In this document: one piece after another, positions 58,939 to 64,000 of the stretch
Layout of the letters: the number at the start of each line of letters is the position of its first letter
How positions within the stretch are numbered: position 1 is the first letter of the stretch
Assembly: GCA_963797095.1 (NCBI GenBank)
Contig: CAWCNY010000002.1
Span: 416,001 to 480,000, forward strand
From: an uncultured Chloroflexia bacterium
GTDB taxonomy: Bacteria; Chloroflexota; Chloroflexia; QHBQ01; JADMIH01
DNA length: 64,000 bases
Reading direction: 5' to 3'
Notes under the pieces: generated by a model
Databases searched by the model: none
Told to the model about the DNA's origin: nothing
Seen by the model: only the letters and a program-made list of their open reading frames with translations
Translations under genes and position numbers: made by a program

Positions 58939-59919
58939 ATGGACATCCTGGTCACAGGCGGTACGGGTTTCCTTGGCCGCCATCTTGTGCGGGCGCTCCT
59001 TAACGACGGCCATATAGTGCGCCTTACGGGGCGCAACATGGACGATGAGGGTGTGCAAGCGCTCCTTCGAGATGGTGCAGTGCCGGTGCGTACCGACCTG
59101 CGCGACCGTGTCGCCACTAGCGAGTCGTGCAAAGGCGCTGAAGTAGTGTTCCATGTGGGGGCGCTTTCGGCTCCGTGGGGCAAACGCTCGGAGTTCTTCG
59201 CTACCAATGTGGGCGGCACGCGCTCTATCGTCGAGGGATGCCTGAAGCATGGGGCAAAGCGTCTCATTTACGTGTCATCCCCAAGCGTCCTGTTCGATGG
59301 GCACGATCACATCAACCTGCCCAACGATGCTCCCTATCCGAAGAGTTTCACCTCGGTTTACTCCCTCACGAAGAAACTGGGAGAGGATGCAGTGAACGCG
59401 GCAAGTGGAAGGGTTGAGACCGTCATACTGCGGCCCAAGGCTATGTTCGGGCCAGGCGATGTGGCCCTTCTCCCGCGCCTGATCACGGCTGCACGTCGAG
59501 GTCGCCTGCCCCAGATAGGCGACGGGCGCAACCGGGTTGACCTCACCTACGTGGACAACGTGGTGCACGCACTACGCCTCTCGATGCACTCTTCAAAGGC
59601 TGTAGGGAAGACCTACACAATCACCAACGACGAACACCCGGCCCTCTGGCAGGTGATCCGCCACACCCTCAAGCGGCTGGGCCTCCCGACGAAACTGCGG
59701 AGTATTCCTATACCCGTGGCGCTTGCCATGGCGGGTGCTATGGAGGCGCTTGCCGCTGTGACAGGTCGAGAGCCGACGTTGACCCGCTACTCGGCAGCCA
59801 TCCTTGCACGCACCCAGACCTACGACATATCAGCCGCCAAACGCGACCTGGGCTACACGCCTGTTGTTCCGTTCGCGGAAGGAATGGAACGCACACTTGA
59901 TGATCTGGACCTGGCTTGA
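58939..59919 (+). CDS. NAD-dependent epimerase / 3-beta-HSD-like extended SDR
   Basis: VTGGTGFLG, VSSPS, YSLTK, DLTYVDN. Confidence 0.92.
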   Translation: MDILVTGGTGFLGRHLVRALLNDGHIVRLTGRNMDDEGVQALLRDGAVPVRTDLRDRVATSESCKGAEVVFHVGALSAPWGKRSEFFATNVGGTRSIVEGCLKHGAKRLIYVSSPSVLFDGHDHINLPNDAPYPKSFTSVYSLTKKLGEDAVNAASGRVETVILRPKAMFGPGDVALLPRLITAARRGRLPQIGDGRNRVDLTYVDNVVHALRLSMHSSKAVGKTYTITNDEHPALWQVIRHTLKRLGLPTKLRSIPIPVALAMAGAMEALAAVTGREPTLTRYSAAILARTQTYDISAAKRDLGYTPVVPFAEGMERTLDDLDLA

Positions 59920-59927
59920 GAGGGGCG

Positions 59928-60323
59928 TTACATCTCCCCATTTTGTACGGCGATGCACTCGATAGAGATCAAAAGACCACGCGGTAATTGAACAATCGGG
60001 ACGGATCTCGCGGGTGGGTTCTCGGGGAAGAACTCAGCATAGAGCTGGTTGAGGGTCGCAAAGGCTGTGGCATCGGCGCAAAATATGGTGGTTTTTACGA
60101 CATGTGCTAGACTACTACCTGCGGCCTGAAGTACTGTCGAAAGATTCGCGAAGGCTTGCCGGGCTTGTTGCTCGAAACCGTCGCCTGCGAGGCTGCCTGT
60201 TGCTGGATCCAGTCCGGGCTGACCTGAGACGAAAAGGAAGTCCCCGGCTTTCACCACCTGAGAATAGGGGCCAAGTGCTTGAGGCATAGCCGGGCTGGTC
60301 ACTGATTGGTGCTCAAGAGGCAT
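59928..60323 (-). CDS. RidA/YjgF family enamine deaminase
   Basis: GPYSQ, FVSGQ, VVKTT, PPARS, LP.G..I.IE. Confidence 0.92.
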   Translation of the reverse strand: MPLEHQSVTSPAMPQALGPYSQVVKAGDFLFVSGQPGLDPATGSLAGDGFEQQARQAFANLSTVLQAAGSSLAHVVKTTIFCADATAFATLNQLYAEFFPENPPARSVPIVQLPRGLLISIECIAVQNGEM

Positions 60324-60464
60324 CTCTCATTCTCCTTCGTCGGCAATCTACTCTACCAGTCGTCCCACTTCAGGGACAAATGGAACCAGTAAGTTCTTGC
60401 TATGGGGTCATTATCGACAACTGCCTCCGTAAATACAATTGGGCTGACTACCCTGTCGGAAAAG

Positions 60465-61295
60465 ATGCAAGCCAAGGTGAAACTTCATATTCTTGACACA
60501 GGCTACACAGTAGCAATCGAGCGCATCCTAATACGGGGTGGGGGCTTTCGCAAGGTGGTTTGCCACTCCCTTGTGGGCCTTCTGCTTCACCCTGAGCGTG
60601 GCCCGATCCTGTTCGATACCGGGTATGCCCCCCGCATCATGGCAGCCACCCGGCGCTCCCCATACAGGCTCTATCGCTGGATCACGCCCCTCCATGTGAA
60701 GCCTGAAGAGGCGGTCGTATCGCAACTTTCTCGCTTCGGCCTCACTCCTGACGATATTCGTTACGTCATACTCTCCCACTTCCATGCCGATCACATCGCG
60801 GGCCTGCGCGATTTCCCACAGGCCCGGATCGTCGCAAGCCGCTCCGCTTATGAGGATGTCGTTCCCAGGCGTGGGTGGCGCGCTCTCCAAAAGGCGTTCC
60901 TGCCAACGCTGATGCCCCCCGACTTCGCCCCCCGTGCTCTATTGCTGCCCGAGTTCACTGGTGATGCACTTCCCGGCCTGGGGCCTACCCATGCCCTGTT
61001 CGATGATGGCTTCCTCCTATTGGTGGCTTTGCCGGGTCATGCGCACGGACAGATAGGCTTGTTGGCTGTAACGGACAAGGGCCGTGTTCTCCTTGCCGCC
61101 GATGGCTGCTGGATGCTCCGGCAGGTGCGCGATCAAGCCCCTCCCCACGCCATCACCGCCATCCTGGCCGACGATATGCGGGCGGTACGCTCGACCATCG
61201 AGAACCTGCACACTTTCACCCAGGCGTGCCCCGATGTACGCGTTGTGCCCTGCCACTGCCCGGAGGCCTTCGCCCGCGAGGTGGAACAGGCGTGA
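60465..61295 (+). CDS. MBL-fold metallo-hydrolase
   Basis: LFDTGY, SHFHADH, LPGHA.G, AD, CH. Start estimated at the ATG at 60465. Confidence 0.9.
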   Translation: MQAKVKLHILDTGYTVAIERILIRGGGFRKVVCHSLVGLLLHPERGPILFDTGYAPRIMAATRRSPYRLYRWITPLHVKPEEAVVSQLSRFGLTPDDIRYVILSHFHADHIAGLRDFPQARIVASRSAYEDVVPRRGWRALQKAFLPTLMPPDFAPRALLLPEFTGDALPGLGPTHALFDDGFLLLVALPGHAHGQIGLLAVTDKGRVLLAADGCWMLRQVRDQAPPHAITAILADDMRAVRSTIENLHTFTQACPDVRVVPCHCPEAFAREVEQA

Positions 61296-62674
61296 ACCGC
61301 CTGCAAACCCTCATTCTGACCATCTTCCACTTCGTGGCGGCTCGCTGGCGGTGGCGCACTTTGCGTGGCAAGCGCCTTCGCCAGTATCAGGAGCGCCGTG
61401 CCCGGCGCATCGTCCGCTACGCCCAGGCCCGATCGCCCTTTTACAGGCGTCACTGGGCAGGGCACGATCTTGGCCACTGGCGTTCGCTGCCCGCGGTAGA
61501 CAAACGGCTGATGATGGACAACTTTGACGACTTCAACACAGCCGGGCTGAAGCGCGATGATGCAATGGCGGTAGCTTTGCACGCCGAGCGAAGCCGCGAT
61601 TTCGCCCCCACCTTGCGCGGTTACACGGTCGGGTTATCGTCCGGCACGTCGGGCCACCGGGGCATCTTCCTGGCGAGCGCATGGGAGCAGGCCACGTGGG
61701 CGGGCTGCATCTTGTCGCGCACGCTGCACACCCTGCGCCCCCGCAAGCTGCGCGTGGCCTTCTTTCTGCGCTCCAACAGCAACCTATACGAGAAGGTGGG
61801 CGGGATCCTTATTCGCTTCCGCTTCTTCGACCTGATGCTTCCGGTTGAGCAAGCTGTCGAGCAACTCAACGAATTCAAGCCTCACATCGTGGTAGGCCCG
61901 CCCTCCCTGCTCAGTTTCCTGGCCGGTGCACAGGAGCGCGGCACCCTCTCAATAGAGCCTGAACGCCTGGTATCCGTGGCCGAGGTGCTCGAACCCCAGG
62001 ACGCCGAGCGTTTGACCTGCGTCTTCGACGCACCAGTGCACCAAATCTACCAGTGCACTGAGGGTTTACTCGCGATCTCTTGCCGCGAAGGCTCCCTCCA
62101 TATACAGGAAGACCTTGTAGTTATGCAACTGCAACCTTTGGACGACGAATCTCAGCAATCGGAGGTCAGCGGTCAGAAGTCGATGGGAGCCACACCAACC
62201 CATCGTCCGGTTTCGCCCATCGTCACCGACCTGTGGCGCACCACGCAGCCTATCATTCGGTATCGCCTGAACGATGTGTTGCGTGTGTCCGATACGCGCT
62301 GTGCATGTGGCTCACCGTTCCGCGTGATCGAGGCCATCGAAGGGCGTTGCGATGATATCCTCTATTTCCACTCGCAAGGGGGCGGAGAGCGTCCATTCTT
62401 CCCAGACACCATCCGCCGAATGGTTCTGCTGGCAGGTTCGGGCATCGAAGACTATTATGCCGTCCAGGAGCGCCCAGGCCATCTGCGCATCCGCCTGACC
62501 GTTGCCCCCGGTGCGTCTTTTACCCATATCGCGGACGAAGTTGCCGCTAATGCGCAGGAGACCATAGCCTATTATAGCTGCTTCCCCGCCGACCTCCAGG
62601 TAGAGCAGGGCTTGCCCACCCTCCCTGCGAGCGTGAAGCGCCGCCGTGTAGTCTGCATGAGCTTGCAGCAATGA
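61292..62674 (+). CDS. F390 synthetase-related adenylate-forming enzyme (TIGR02304-like)
   Basis: GLSSGTSG.RG.F, LR.NSNLY, IYQCTEG, QPIIRYRLND, IEGR.DD. GTGA overlap with the MBL stop. Confidence 0.9.
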   Translation: MNRLQTLILTIFHFVAARWRWRTLRGKRLRQYQERRARRIVRYAQARSPFYRRHWAGHDLGHWRSLPAVDKRLMMDNFDDFNTAGLKRDDAMAVALHAERSRDFAPTLRGYTVGLSSGTSGHRGIFLASAWEQATWAGCILSRTLHTLRPRKLRVAFFLRSNSNLYEKVGGILIRFRFFDLMLPVEQAVEQLNEFKPHIVVGPPSLLSFLAGAQERGTLSIEPERLVSVAEVLEPQDAERLTCVFDAPVHQIYQCTEGLLAISCREGSLHIQEDLVVMQLQPLDDESQQSEVSGQKSMGATPTHRPVSPIVTDLWRTTQPIIRYRLNDVLRVSDTRCACGSPFRVIEAIEGRCDDILYFHSQGGGERPFFPDTIRRMVLLAGSGIEDYYAVQERPGHLRIRLTVAPGASFTHIADEVAANAQETIAYYSCFPADLQVEQGLPTLPASVKRRRVVCMSLQQ

Positions 62675-63975
62675 CTATGGAGCCGTCCAACATCACCCTC
62701 CTGGCTCTCGGCTCGCGAGGGGATGTGCAGCCCTTTATCGCGCTGGGGCTTGGATTAATAGCGAAGGGCTTTGGCGTGCGTGTGGCCGCTGCCGAAGATT
62801 ACCGCGACCTGGTCGAATCGTACGAGGTTGCCTTCGCTCCCCTGGTTGGCAGCATACGCGATTTCATGGACCGCCAGATGATCTATGCCATGCTGGACGA
62901 GCCTGACAACCCTTTGCGCTTCATTACGGGCATGATGGACAGTGTGCGCCCTTTGATCGTGCGCCTGGTGGGCGATATCTACTCTGCCTGTCGCGGGGCA
63001 GACGCGGTGATCGCCTCCACCCTGGGCTACTATGGCGGCTATGACGTGGCTCAGGCCCTCGACATCCCCCTCTATGTGACACATCTTCACCCCAACGTGC
63101 CGACGCGGGCCCACCCGCACGTTTTCCTGCCGCATCTCGCTCCCTGGGTCCCGACCATCCTGCGTGGCTTGTACAACCGTCTTACCCATAAGCTGACGGA
63201 AGCCGCCTACTGGACCTTCATCCTGGGGCCGCTGAACCAGGCGAGACGTGAGGTGCTGGGTCTACCTCCTTTGCTGCCGGCTGATATAATAGAGCGCATC
63301 GGAAACCCGCTCAGGCCTATGTTGCATGCCTACTCTCCCCTGCTCACTCGTACGCCTCCCGATTGGGGTCGTGACGTTCACATTACCGGCTACTGGTTCC
63401 TCGATGAGCCGCCGAGCTGGACGCCCGACCCCGGCCTCGCGGACTTCCTGGGTGAAGGTGCGCCGCCGATATACGTCGGTTTCGGCAGCAACCTTGTGGG
63501 GCGCGATCCCGACCGGATCACCCTCCTGGTGTTGAGTGCCCTGGAGCGCACCGGGCAGCGCGGCATCATCCTGAGCGGCTGGGGCGACCTGGGGAACATC
63601 GACCTGCCCGATACCGTATATAAGGTGGAGAGCGTGCCGCATAGCTGGCTTCTCCCACGGGTGAAGGCGGTAGTTACCCACAGCGGGGCAGGGACGCTTG
63701 CCGCCGCGCTGAGAGCGGGCGTGCCTCCCATAGCTGTACCGTTCTTTGGCGACCAACTTTTCTGGTCGGAGCGAGTGTCGCGCCTGGGCCTCGGCCCTGA
63801 GCCTGTACCGCGCCGCGACCTGTCGGAGGATCGCCTCGTATCGGCAATCGAGCAGGTGCTTAATGATACAAGTATGCGCGAACGAGCAGCACTGTTAGGT
63901 AAGCGCATCAGCCAAGAGCGCGGCGTCGAGAACGCCCTACAGGCACTGGGTTGGGACAAAGCACCACCCCATTAG
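62671..63975 (+). CDS. GT1 sterol-glucosyltransferase-like glycosyltransferase
   Basis: GSRGDVQP, TGYWF, YVGFGS, PH.WL, H.GAGT, PFFGDQ.FW. Confidence 0.9.
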   Translation: MTMEPSNITLLALGSRGDVQPFIALGLGLIAKGFGVRVAAAEDYRDLVESYEVAFAPLVGSIRDFMDRQMIYAMLDEPDNPLRFITGMMDSVRPLIVRLVGDIYSACRGADAVIASTLGYYGGYDVAQALDIPLYVTHLHPNVPTRAHPHVFLPHLAPWVPTILRGLYNRLTHKLTEAAYWTFILGPLNQARREVLGLPPLLPADIIERIGNPLRPMLHAYSPLLTRTPPDWGRDVHITGYWFLDEPPSWTPDPGLADFLGEGAPPIYVGFGSNLVGRDPDRITLLVLSALERTGQRGIILSGWGDLGNIDLPDTVYKVESVPHSWLLPRVKAVVTHSGAGTLAAALRAGVPPIAVPFFGDQLFWSERVSRLGLGPEPVPRRDLSEDRLVSAIEQVLNDTSMRERAALLGKRISQERGVENALQALGWDKAPPH

Positions 63976-64000
63976 CCCGCAAGAACCACCACCTTCAAAC

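Overview
GC-rich bacterial chromosome segment, most likely from a Chloroflexota organism. This is inferred from SLH proteins with Cys-loop inserts, the Chloroflexi-type C-terminal wall-binding repeat, and the baseplate-J-like gene near ruvX. Housekeeping genes (murA, pyrR, recN, mfd, pth, alaS, ruvX) are mixed with envelope genes, two ECF sigma/anti-sigma pairs, an ArsR-CadA metal efflux pair, a split glycolipid-type gene set, an orphan DNA methyltransferase and two IS elements (an IS256 truncating a BrnT toxin, and a degraded DDE transposase). The most notable candidate system is an ECF sigma factor followed by a 1535-aa zinc-finger anti-sigma factor whose extracellular part is an alpha-2-macroglobulin-like scaffold apparently lacking thioester, bait region and last domain, translationally coupled to a Cys-to-Asp (fosfomycin-resistant type) murA. 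The second is a pervasive family of mosaic 7-bp tandem repeats that form inverted structures between genes, supply stop codons and sit in frame inside conserved proteins (AlaRS, Mfd and others). A dispersed long-palindrome element with compensatory base changes also occurs. No rRNA, tRNA or CRISPR array was seen. All family assignments are by-eye motif recognition, not database searches.
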